Made by a program: the position numbers and the translations under genes. Below are positions 56,730-64,000 of a stretch of 64,000 nucleotides of DNA, in pieces (within the stretch, counting starts at the first letter, position 1; each line of letters starts with the position of its first letter). The notes below the pieces were generated by a model. That model saw only the letters and a program-made list of their open reading frames with translations, was not told the origin of the DNA and did not search any database. Origin of the DNA: Gemmatimonadaceae bacterium (GTDB taxonomy: Bacteria; Gemmatimonadota; Gemmatimonadetes; Gemmatimonadales; Gemmatimonadaceae); the NCBI GenBank assembly GCA_046262755.1, contig JBHEME010000001.1:42250-106249 (forward strand), written 5' to 3'.

Positions 56730-57671
56730 TTGATGCTCATCAACCTACTGCCCGACTTCTTCGCAGTTCATAACAGTACAGACCGTGTCGCCGCCTATCT
56801 CCGCTACTTCGAAAATCACCGCCGCTTCCTAGAAGCTTACTGGCATAATTACGTCCTCGACCCGGCCGGGCCGCATTTTTTGGAAGTCGTTCGCTCTGCC
56901 GCACTTGCGAGTCGTGTAGATCTCCGCACCATGCTCGAGAGAATCGACGTGGTCTCACTCGCCAGAAATACTGAAGAGCAATGCAGGGCCCTGCTGGAGA
57001 TCGACGTAGACATTGATGTCGTACTCATGGTGGGAGTCGGTGCTGCCAACGCCGGCGAGCTCGTGGTAGACGGAAAGGGGATGGCTTTCGTCTGTCTCGA
57101 GCACTTTACCAGTGTTACCAACCCCGAAACGCAGGGTCTCGGACTCGATCCGGAGCTAATACCACTCTGGCTTGCCCACGAGATAGCCCACACAGTCCGC
57201 TACACTTCGCCGACGAGCCGCAGTGAAATGAGGCAGCTAATCGATGATGCGGGCGGATACTATTCCTACTGGGAAACTGGCCGCCGGGCTTCGCTCCGCG
57301 AACTCATGATCAACGAGGGACTCTCCACGCATGCGTCGAGAGCTATCAGCCCCGGACATGCCGCCTGGGAATACTACGGCTACACGAGACGCGAGTATGC
57401 GACGGTACGAGAGCTGGAGCCGCTCATGACCAGGGCCCTAACTACCGATCTGGATCGGGCCGGTTTGGGACTTCGACTCCGCTATCTATCCGGCGGTATG
57501 AGCGACGATGCCCGAACCGTCGAACGGCATGTCTTCCCCGAGAGAAGCGGGTATTTCCTCGGCGCAAAAATGGTTGAGCCAGCAGTCAATGCTCGAGGTC
57601 TTTCTTGGGCAGTCCGCGCCAGTGCAGGGGAAATCACTTCCATATCCAGCTCTTCAGCAGCTTCTGCCTGA
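56730..57671 (+). CDS. Predicted zinc-dependent protease-like protein (HExxH; DUF2268-like)
   Basis: The 313-aa ORF starts at TTG 56730 or ATG 56733 and has an HExxH motif (LAHEIAHTVRY). The family assignment is tentative. Confidence 0.55.
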   Translation: MMLINLLPDFFAVHNSTDRVAAYLRYFENHRRFLEAYWHNYVLDPAGPHFLEVVRSAALASRVDLRTMLERIDVVSLARNTEEQCRALLEIDVDIDVVLMVGVGAANAGELVVDGKGMAFVCLEHFTSVTNPETQGLGLDPELIPLWLAHEIAHTVRYTSPTSRSEMRQLIDDAGGYYSYWETGRRASLRELMINEGLSTHASRAISPGHAAWEYYGYTRREYATVRELEPLMTRALTTDLDRAGLGLRLRYLSGGMSDDARTVERHVFPERSGYFLGAKMVEPAVNARGLSWAVRASAGEITSISSSSAASA

Positions 57672-57672
57672 G

Positions 57673-59055
57673 TTACTTCCCTACGCAGAAAGTGCTGAAC
57701 AGTCGATCGAAAACCTCTTCGACGTCAACCGTTCCAATCAGTTCCTCGAGAAAATGAACTGCCGTACGTAGATGCACTCCGGCGACAACGGCCGGAATGT
57801 TTTCTTCCACCCATGCCCGCTGAAATTCCTCCAGCTCCTGACAGGCAGCTGTCAAAGCGTAACGGTGGCGGGCTCGGGTCAGTATCGGAGCGTCCAGGGG
57901 AATTTCGCCGTGCTGACTTGTCAATACTTCGTCGATCCGCTTCAGCAAATCTTGTAGGCCTGCGCCAGTTTCCGCGCTGACTAAAACAGCGCCGGGTCCG
58001 ACCATTGGCTCTTCGTCACTGTTTGCTACCAAATCTGATTTTGTTCTAACCAGGATCGTGTCAGCATGAGATTTTGCTGCAATTACAGGTGCCGTTGCTT
58101 GCAGAGACGTCGTCGTTTCTCCACACACGAGTACGATTTTAGCTTGAGCGAGATATCGCTCGCTCACCTCGATTCCTAGAAGTTCAATCCGGTCAGAGGT
58201 ACTTCTCAATCCGGCTGTGTCGACCAGCCGTAGCGGCCAATGCTCTCCATCGAGCATCGCTTCGACCGCATCACGTGTCGTTCCGGGAATTTCGGTGACG
58301 ATTGCCCTGGCGGAGCCGAGGAGTGCGTTGAAGAGAGACGACTTCCCCACGTTCGGGGGGCCCGCAATTACCACGGTAACCCCTTCGCGAACGAGCTCAC
58401 CGCTTGACGCGGTAGCGAGAAGGCCTTTGACAGAATCGATGAGAGCCGCGGTTGTCCTCGCTATTCTTTCCTTCGGTATGGGTCCATCATCTTCTTCCGG
58501 AAAGTCGACGTCGTAGGCAATCAAAGTTTCGAGTCCAATCAAGTCTTCTCTGAGTGCATGAAGCCTGCGTGACAGGCCGCCGTCGAGTTGCCTGATTGCA
58601 GTTCCTTGCATGACGCGTGACCGTGCGTCTATCAAGTCGCCAATTGCTTCTGCCTGAAGGAGATCAATTTTCCCATTTAGTACCGCCCTACGTGTAAACT
58701 CTCCCGGTTCGGCCTGGCGTGCTCCCGAAGAAATCAATGCTGCGACTACGGAGCTGGGGACTGCATACCCTCCATGCGTGGAAAATTCGACTGTGTCCTC
58801 ACCTGTAAAGGAATTCGGTCCTGGGAAAACCGTAATGAGCGCCTGATCGATCACATCAACACCATTCCGAACAGCCGAGACATGCGCTTGGCGCGGAGCA
58901 GCTGGCCATTGATCTATATGCCTCTTTGCTATCGAAAACGCGTTCTTCCCACTGAGCCTTACAACGGCAAGAGCGCCACGACCAATCGGAGTGGCCACCG
59001 CTACAATCGAGTCTTCGAGTCCTTTTAGAGGACCCGTCGTGCCTTCGGCCATCAC
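57673..59055 (-). CDS. mnmE: tRNA modification GTPase MnmE (TrmE)
   Basis: The 460-aa ORF has G1 GPPNVGKSSLFNAL, G3 DTAG and the C-terminal FCVGK motif. Confidence 0.95.
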   Translation of the reverse strand: MMAEGTTGPLKGLEDSIVAVATPIGRGALAVVRLSGKNAFSIAKRHIDQWPAAPRQAHVSAVRNGVDVIDQALITVFPGPNSFTGEDTVEFSTHGGYAVPSSVVAALISSGARQAEPGEFTRRAVLNGKIDLLQAEAIGDLIDARSRVMQGTAIRQLDGGLSRRLHALREDLIGLETLIAYDVDFPEEDDGPIPKERIARTTAALIDSVKGLLATASSGELVREGVTVVIAGPPNVGKSSLFNALLGSARAIVTEIPGTTRDAVEAMLDGEHWPLRLVDTAGLRSTSDRIELLGIEVSERYLAQAKIVLVCGETTTSLQATAPVIAAKSHADTILVRTKSDLVANSDEEPMVGPGAVLVSAETGAGLQDLLKRIDEVLTSQHGEIPLDAPILTRARHRYALTAACQELEEFQRAWVEENIPAVVAGVHLRTAVHFLEELIGTVDVEEVFDRLFSTFCVGK

Positions 59056-59840
59056 TTGCCCGCGGTAGGTAGCTCGAATGCGTTACCGGGCTCGAGGATT
59101 TTCACGAGCGGGTGGAGAGGATGATCCTCCAACTTCTCACGCAGCCGCGTTATCGCGTCGAACGCGGTAGACGTCACATGGTTGAACGTGCCCCAGTGAT
59201 AAGGGACGAAATACCTCGCCCTCAATCTCTCAAAGAGCGCCAACGCATCGGCACTAGTAAGGTGACCCTTTCGAAACCCTGGTTTCCACCACGGAGCATA
59301 GCCGATCGGCAGAAGGGCTAGATCCAGTGTTCTGCCATTTGCGCCCAAATGATGATCGACGAGATTTGTGGTATCCGTAGTCAGTGCCGTATCGCCGGCG
59401 AAAAAACACGATGTTGATTTAGTTTCAAGCAGATACATATTCGTTGCACTTCGCCAGCGGTCCACGCCATATCTGTTCCCCTTATGGGTGGCGGAGGCTG
59501 CGTGAACTGTAAGATCACCAAGTCGGACAAAGCTCCCGGCAGCTACTTCAACCGCGTGGGTATAGCCCTGCTTCAACAACCATTTTGCGATCGGCGGTGG
59601 CGCGTACAACGGAATGTCAGCCGGTAGTGCATCGAGTGAATCAAATGACAGGTGATCGGCATGCGCGTGTGTGAGAAGTATTGCCTCGAGCCTCGGAAGT
59701 GCATCGAGGGCAATGCCCGGGGCGCTCACCCGCGGCAGAAACTTCCCGAGCGTGGGATCGAAATTGGGGTCGGTAATGATCCGCTTGCCCCCGATTTCAA
59801 TTAGTAACGTTGCGTGACCAATATACGTGACACGCAGCAT
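59052..59840 (-). CDS. MBL-fold metallohydrolase
   Basis: The start is at internal Met24 (MLRVTYIGHATLLIEIGGKRIITDPNF), 4 nt after the yidC stop. The protein has the HxHxDH motif (LTHAHADHL), and a 4-nt overlap links it to mnmE. Confidence 0.8.
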   Translation of the reverse strand: MLRVTYIGHATLLIEIGGKRIITDPNFDPTLGKFLPRVSAPGIALDALPRLEAILLTHAHADHLSFDSLDALPADIPLYAPPPIAKWLLKQGYTHAVEVAAGSFVRLGDLTVHAASATHKGNRYGVDRWRSATNMYLLETKSTSCFFAGDTALTTDTTNLVDHHLGANGRTLDLALLPIGYAPWWKPGFRKGHLTSADALALFERLRARYFVPYHWGTFNHVTSTAFDAITRLREKLEDHPLHPLVKILEPGNAFELPTAGK

Positions 59841-59844
59841 GCCG

Positions 59845-61518
59845 CTAACCCGCTGGTCGAACTTTGGCGCGCTCCCGCGCGAGCATCCATTGTTGCGGCA
59901 GCGCAGCAATGTTCTGCGCGGTATAGTAAAGGTTCAGACCAGAAGCCATGTTCAGGAGCACCACCGTCATCATTACCGGAAACATATAGCCCATCATTTT
60001 GGCCTGTGGGTTCGGCGGAGCATTTCGCATCCCGATCCAGGACAACAGGTACATCGATGCACCCATGAGCAGGGGCAGAATATAAAACGGGTCCTTGATG
60101 GAGATGTCATGCAGCCAAAGGAACGGCACCCCTCTGAACTCGATCGTGTTTTGAAATACAAAGAACAGTGCAAAGAGGATGGGCATAGGCAGCAACGCCG
60201 GCAGGCATCCGGTTAATCCTGCAAAGGGACTCACGCCGGCATCGTGATAAACCTTCATTATCGCTTCACGCTGCTGAACCGGATCTTTGTATTTCTTCTG
60301 AGCTGCTGCGAGCTTGGGCTGGAGTTCCTGCATCCTAAGGCTCGACCGCATCGTGCTCTGATTCAATGGCCAGAGCGCTAACCGGATAAGCACCCCGAGA
60401 ATGATAAGCACCCATCCGTAGCTCAAATTCAGTCGATGGTGCATCCACAACAGGCCCTGAATGACCTTCGAGGCAATCGGATGCACCACGCTCTGAAGAA
60501 AACGCCATCCATAGGGATTTACATGATCAAAATCACGGCCCATACGCAGGAGGCGCTGTGATTCCTGAGGCCCAGCGTAGATGTCGAAGGAAAATGAGCC
60601 GTTGTCTAAAGCTTGTACTACGGTCGCAGAGGCGCTGGTTGCAATCTTCGATGTACGTGCCCCGCCAGTAAGGGAAACCTCACTGAACGGCGTGCTGTTC
60701 GTTGGCGCGAGAAGTCCCAGCACGAAATACTTGTTCTTTACGGCCACCCAGTTGAGAGGTCCGGGCTGCAGCCTTGTTTCACCGGGATCCAGGCTCCCGA
60801 ACAGCACACTGCCTGCATGATCACGCTGTGGCTTGAAGCTATAAGCAAGGCTCCTGTGATCCGCGATTGTGTCAGCTTCGGCCGACGGCAGTGTCCGAGG
60901 CAGATCGGTCAGCAAAAAGGTTTTTCCTTGGGGTCCTGTAATACGCCCACCCACATGCACGATATAGCTGGCACTTGTATCTGCGGAGATGGTGTAAGTG
61001 AAATTTGCCTTGAAGCCGCTCGTAAAAGAGCTGTAGCTGAGGACCTCTTCTCCTTTTGTATTCTTCGCACGCGATAGAGCGAACGGTATTCGGGAAAAGT
61101 CCACTGTATCCCCTGGACCGACGACTTGATATCGCAGTAGCGGTGATCGTGGAACTCCGAGCTCCACTAAGCCGCCAGCTGAAGAGCGATTTGGATAGTC
61201 CCGGATGACGATCGATACCAGCGTCGCGCCCAGGTTACTGAATCTATAAATCGCTTTAGGAGTTATTACCGTTGTCGTTTCCGCAGCTGTGCTTTCGAAT
61301 TTCTGTACGATTGAGCCACGTGACTGCTGTGTGGTTGAATCAGTTCGTTGAATGGTTTGTGTCCGTTGTGATGGCGTCATTGACGCTTGAACACGATTCG
61401 TATCAATGGCCTTCGTTCCACGGGGGGCCGGGACTGGCTTCGTCGGTGGAAATAGCAGCTGGGAAATCGCAATGATTATCAGCGAGAGGAAAAGTGCCAG
61501 AAAGAAGCGCTTATCCAT
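59845..61518 (-). CDS. yidC: Membrane protein insertase YidC
   Basis: The 557-aa ORF has an N-terminal TM segment, a large periplasmic domain and a C-terminal 5-TM core (GWVLIILGVLIRLALWPL...MQELQPK...). Confidence 0.9.
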   Translation of the reverse strand: MDKRFFLALFLSLIIIAISQLLFPPTKPVPAPRGTKAIDTNRVQASMTPSQRTQTIQRTDSTTQQSRGSIVQKFESTAAETTTVITPKAIYRFSNLGATLVSIVIRDYPNRSSAGGLVELGVPRSPLLRYQVVGPGDTVDFSRIPFALSRAKNTKGEEVLSYSSFTSGFKANFTYTISADTSASYIVHVGGRITGPQGKTFLLTDLPRTLPSAEADTIADHRSLAYSFKPQRDHAGSVLFGSLDPGETRLQPGPLNWVAVKNKYFVLGLLAPTNSTPFSEVSLTGGARTSKIATSASATVVQALDNGSFSFDIYAGPQESQRLLRMGRDFDHVNPYGWRFLQSVVHPIASKVIQGLLWMHHRLNLSYGWVLIILGVLIRLALWPLNQSTMRSSLRMQELQPKLAAAQKKYKDPVQQREAIMKVYHDAGVSPFAGLTGCLPALLPMPILFALFFVFQNTIEFRGVPFLWLHDISIKDPFYILPLLMGASMYLLSWIGMRNAPPNPQAKMMGYMFPVMMTVVLLNMASGLNLYYTAQNIAALPQQWMLARERAKVRPAG

Positions 61519-61730
61519 TAAGGAACCGGATCATAGCCGCCCGACTGTAAAGGGTGACATCTGAGCAGACGAGTAAGTGTGAGTTTAAACCCTTTGAGGA
61601 CTCCGTATCTCTCAAACGCTTCCAACGCGTATGCCGAACAAGTCGGATAGTAACGACAGTTGGCTCCAAGCAACGGGGAGATACCAACCTGGTACGCGCG
61701 AATGAGCCCTATGAAAATTTGGCGTATCAT
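61518..61730 (-). CDS. yidD: Membrane protein insertion efficiency factor YidD
   Basis: The 70-aa ORF contains [14 protein letters not shown]...RLLRCHP. Confidence 0.9.
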   Translation of the reverse strand: MIRQIFIGLIRAYQVGISPLLGANCRYYPTCSAYALEAFERYGVLKGFKLTLTRLLRCHPLQSGGYDPVP

Positions 61731-62026
61731 GGTTGTCCAGCTATCCTTGCCCAGCGCGCAATTGTATTCAGCTCAAGGCCTAGTTGGGAGAAACTAGCCA
61801 TATACGCCTCAGGTTTCGCTCGAACCAGTAGATCCATTCGGCCGAGTACCGGAAGCAATTGAAGCCGTACCAGCTCACGAAGGCGTCGTCTTGTCTTGTT
61901 GCGATCGACAATTTTTTGCCGGTACTTTGGGACTACTACGCCAACACGGGGATATGGAAAAGGGGAGGCGGAAACTCGAGCTTCGAGGTGCTCGGTCTGC
62001 ATTCGCTTCCCCATTCGTCGGACCAA
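61727..62026 (-). CDS. rnpA: Ribonuclease P protein component RnpA (the start is uncertain and homology continues upstream)
   Basis: The protein contains [28 protein letters not shown] (RNR motif region). The listed start is TTG 62026. The in-frame upstream codons encode SLGFPRRQRLTRETDLE, which looks like the usual RnpA N-terminus but has no ATG, GTG or TTG. Confidence 0.8.
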   Translation of the reverse strand: MVRRMGKRMQTEHLEARVSASPFPYPRVGVVVPKYRQKIVDRNKTRRRLRELVRLQLLPVLGRMDLLVRAKPEAYMASFSQLGLELNTIARWARIAGQP

Positions 62027-62078
62027 TTCCAGGTCAGTTTCCCGCGTCAGCCGTTGGCGACGCGGAAAACCTAGCGAT

Positions 62079-62243
62079 TTACGCCCCGGCGTATTTGGTC
62101 GGAAGCTGAACCGTAAGGCGCTTGCGTCCTTTCTTCCGACGACGACTCAAAACTTCACGTCCCCATTTAGTAGCCATACGCAACCTGAAACCATGTGTGC
62201 GAATGCGCCGCTTGTTGCGAGGACGGTACGTGGGCTTTCCCAT
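62079..62243 (-). CDS. rpmH: 50S ribosomal protein L34
   Basis: It is absent from the ORF track because it is only 54 aa. Hand translation gives [54 protein letters not shown]. Confidence 0.9.
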   Translation of the reverse strand: MGKPTYRPRNKRRIRTHGFRLRMATKWGREVLSRRRKKGRKRLTVQLPTKYAGA

Positions 62244-62349
62244 CAGCAAACTCCAGAAACCTTCATAAAAAAACTGGTACAGAACCGGTAAAACTATTTC
62301 AGCATTGAAGATAGGTCAAGCAAGTTGATCGAATGCTTCTGAGCTTGGT

Positions 62350-62378
62350 TTGACTTTTCCACATAAACCGGCTAGGGT
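62350..62378 (+). promoter_or_regulatory. Candidate dnaA promoter TTGACT-17 nt-TAGGGT with a DnaA-box-like TTTTCCACA (62355-62363) in the spacer
   Basis: Hexamers and spacing were read by eye. The box matches 8 of 9 positions of TTATCCACA. The -10 element ends only 8 nt before the dnaA ATG, which implies a near-leaderless mRNA if the promoter is real. Confidence 0.3.
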
Positions 62379-62386
62379 AGCGCGTC

Positions 62387-63823
62387 ATGTCACTCAGCCA
62401 CACCGAAGTCTGGAAGCTTCTCCTTGATCGCGCCCGCCAGGAGCTTCCTTATCAGACATTTCAAACGTGGCTCGAACCCACCGAAGCACTCTCTATCGAA
62501 GGTAGTACCCTGTTTATTGGAGCTCCTGATCAGTTTACTGCCGATTGGAATGACTCGAAGCACGCACAGTTACTGTCGAGCTACGCGCCCATTGTTTTGG
62601 GTCGTCCACTAAACGTTTCTTTCCGTGTCCAGGAAGAACGGAAGAAACGCTCGCAGATGGACTTTTTTGTAGCTCCACCGCCAACCGCCATTAAACCACC
62701 AACATCACAAAACGGGACCAACTTCCCGCCCTTAAGTGGGCGCTATACTTTCGACTTGTTCGTCATAGGCAAATCAAACGAGCTCGCTGCGGCAGCAGCT
62801 CATGCAGTAAGCCAGGCACCGGGAAAAGTTTATAACCCTCTTTTCATCTACGGTAACACTGGTCTCGGCAAGACCCATCTCATGCAGGCCATAGCCCATG
62901 AGACCCTGAGACGAAGCCCGAGCACGAGAATTACCTACGTTGGAACCGAGCAGTTTATGAACGAGTTAATAAGCTCGATTCGTGAGCGAACTGGTCCAGA
63001 CTTTCGCCGACGCTACCGCGAGACCGATCTGTTGTTAATAGACGACGTACACTTTCTCAAAGGCAAGGAAACTACACAGGAAGAGTTCTTCCACACCTTC
63101 AACGCCTTGTATGAAGCTGGCCGGCAGATAGTCCTCACGAGTGATAGACCGCCACTTGAAATTCCCAGTCTCGAAGGACGTTTGGTAAGTCGGTTCCAAT
63201 GGGGGATGGTTGCGGACATCAACTTACCTGATTTCGAGCACCGTGTTGCCATTCTCAAGCAAAAGGCACAGCTCGACCGGCTTGAACTCACGATTCCTGA
63301 CGACGTAATCCAGTTTATCGCCGAGCATGTTCGATCGAACGTTCGTGAGCTGGAAGGCTCAATAATCAAACTCCTTGCTTATGCATCACTCAAGCACAAG
63401 GACATAACAGTCGAGGTAGCTCGCGAGGCATTGCGCGACAAGCTCAGAGCGATCGAGGGACTCGAGCACGATACAAATCCGTCACTGAGCATTCTCACCA
63501 TCCAGCAGGCAGTTGCCAAAGAATGGGGAGTTACCGTAGACGGCCTTCGGTCAAAGACGAGAACAAAAACCCTGACTATTCCACGACAGATCGCCATGTA
63601 CCTCACCCGTGAGCTCTTGGCAACTCAACTCGTAGAGATCGGAAATGCGTTCGGGGGTCGTGATCATTCAACAGTGATCCACAGTCTCGAAAAAGTTCAG
63701 GATGCAATTACGACGAATCCGGACCTCAAGAAAAGAATCAACAACATTCGTGGAATGCTCGAACTTTTCCGTCCGTCGTTTACGCATCATGTTAACAAGC
63801 CTCTTTTATCACCAAATCGATGA
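62387..63823 (+). CDS. dnaA: Chromosomal replication initiator protein DnaA
   Basis: The 478-aa ORF has Walker A GNTGLGKTHL, LLIDDVHFL, and the domain IV signature GGRDHSTVIHS. It is divergent from rpmH. Confidence 0.97.
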   Translation: MSLSHTEVWKLLLDRARQELPYQTFQTWLEPTEALSIEGSTLFIGAPDQFTADWNDSKHAQLLSSYAPIVLGRPLNVSFRVQEERKKRSQMDFFVAPPPTAIKPPTSQNGTNFPPLSGRYTFDLFVIGKSNELAAAAAHAVSQAPGKVYNPLFIYGNTGLGKTHLMQAIAHETLRRSPSTRITYVGTEQFMNELISSIRERTGPDFRRRYRETDLLLIDDVHFLKGKETTQEEFFHTFNALYEAGRQIVLTSDRPPLEIPSLEGRLVSRFQWGMVADINLPDFEHRVAILKQKAQLDRLELTIPDDVIQFIAEHVRSNVRELEGSIIKLLAYASLKHKDITVEVAREALRDKLRAIEGLEHDTNPSLSILTIQQAVAKEWGVTVDGLRSKTRTKTLTIPRQIAMYLTRELLATQLVEIGNAFGGRDHSTVIHSLEKVQDAITTNPDLKKRINNIRGMLELFRPSFTHHVNKPLLSPNR

Positions 63824-64000
63824 CCCGCCGGCATTGATGATGCTATTACCAACATCTACATACACATCACTTAGCATAGCGGAAAGCACTACCCAGCCCT
63901 AAGTTACGAGCCAATCGACAGACCTCCACGCAACTACTATAGCTACTAGCTCTACTTCTTTAACAGAGAAACAGTAGATCCAGGTAGCTAATAACGAATC
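63824..64000. other. AT-rich spacer downstream of dnaA (candidate oriC / DNA unwinding region, truncated by the window end)
   Basis: No ORF is present for at least 177 nt and the region is visibly AT-rich relative to the window. It contains the inverted repeat TAGCTAC ... GTAGCTA. dnaN is not reached within the window. Confidence 0.35.

Overview
This is a GC-rich bacterial chromosomal window that ends in the replication-origin gene neighbourhood. On the minus strand that cluster runs mnmE, an MBL-fold gene, yidC, yidD, rnpA and rpmH. dnaA lies divergently on the plus strand at 62387-63823 and is followed by an AT-rich spacer. I can support about 58 protein genes, one tRNA-Phe(GAA) and one gene remnant. 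I see no rRNA, CRISPR array, transposase, integrase or recognisable phage-defence gene. Most content is housekeeping or envelope related: ettA, fabI, tkt, kynB-type cyclase, queF, ddl, a CBS-domain cystathionine beta-synthase, mutS, holA, upp, two ECF sigma/anti-sigma pairs, two tandem M16 peptidase pairs, a TonB-dependent receptor and a 2767-aa cyclic beta-1,2-glucan synthase-like giant gene. The protein repertoire (CarboxypepD_reg-type TonB receptor, M16 pairs, SPOR/TPR, VIT-vWA, GT9) suggests a diderm soil-type lineage such as Gemmatimonadota or Acidobacteriota, but this is inference only. All family calls come from motifs read in the translated ORFs and recalled family knowledge, since no searches were run. 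I did not find a clear-cut novel multi-gene system. The best candidates for something undescribed are these: (i) the small-protein / pseudo-receiver / beta-barrel module directly upstream of the giant glucan synthase (29.6-31.5 kb); (ii) a secreted VIT-vWA protein translationally coupled to an ECF sigma/anti-sigma pair (8.6-12.5 kb); (iii) a divergent DUF2225-like / HExxH-protein pair (55.9-57.7 kb); (iv) an orphan ettA 3' remnant marking a gene insertion (1.65-3.0 kb); (v) an rnpA whose conserved N-terminus has no canonical start codon. Four genes are absent from the ORF track and were found by hand: the left-edge DUF5916-like gene, rpmH, a DUF4177-like ORF and tRNA-Phe. A fifth, a 64-aa hydrophilic ORF, is present only inside a longer listed ORF and was re-delimited by hand.
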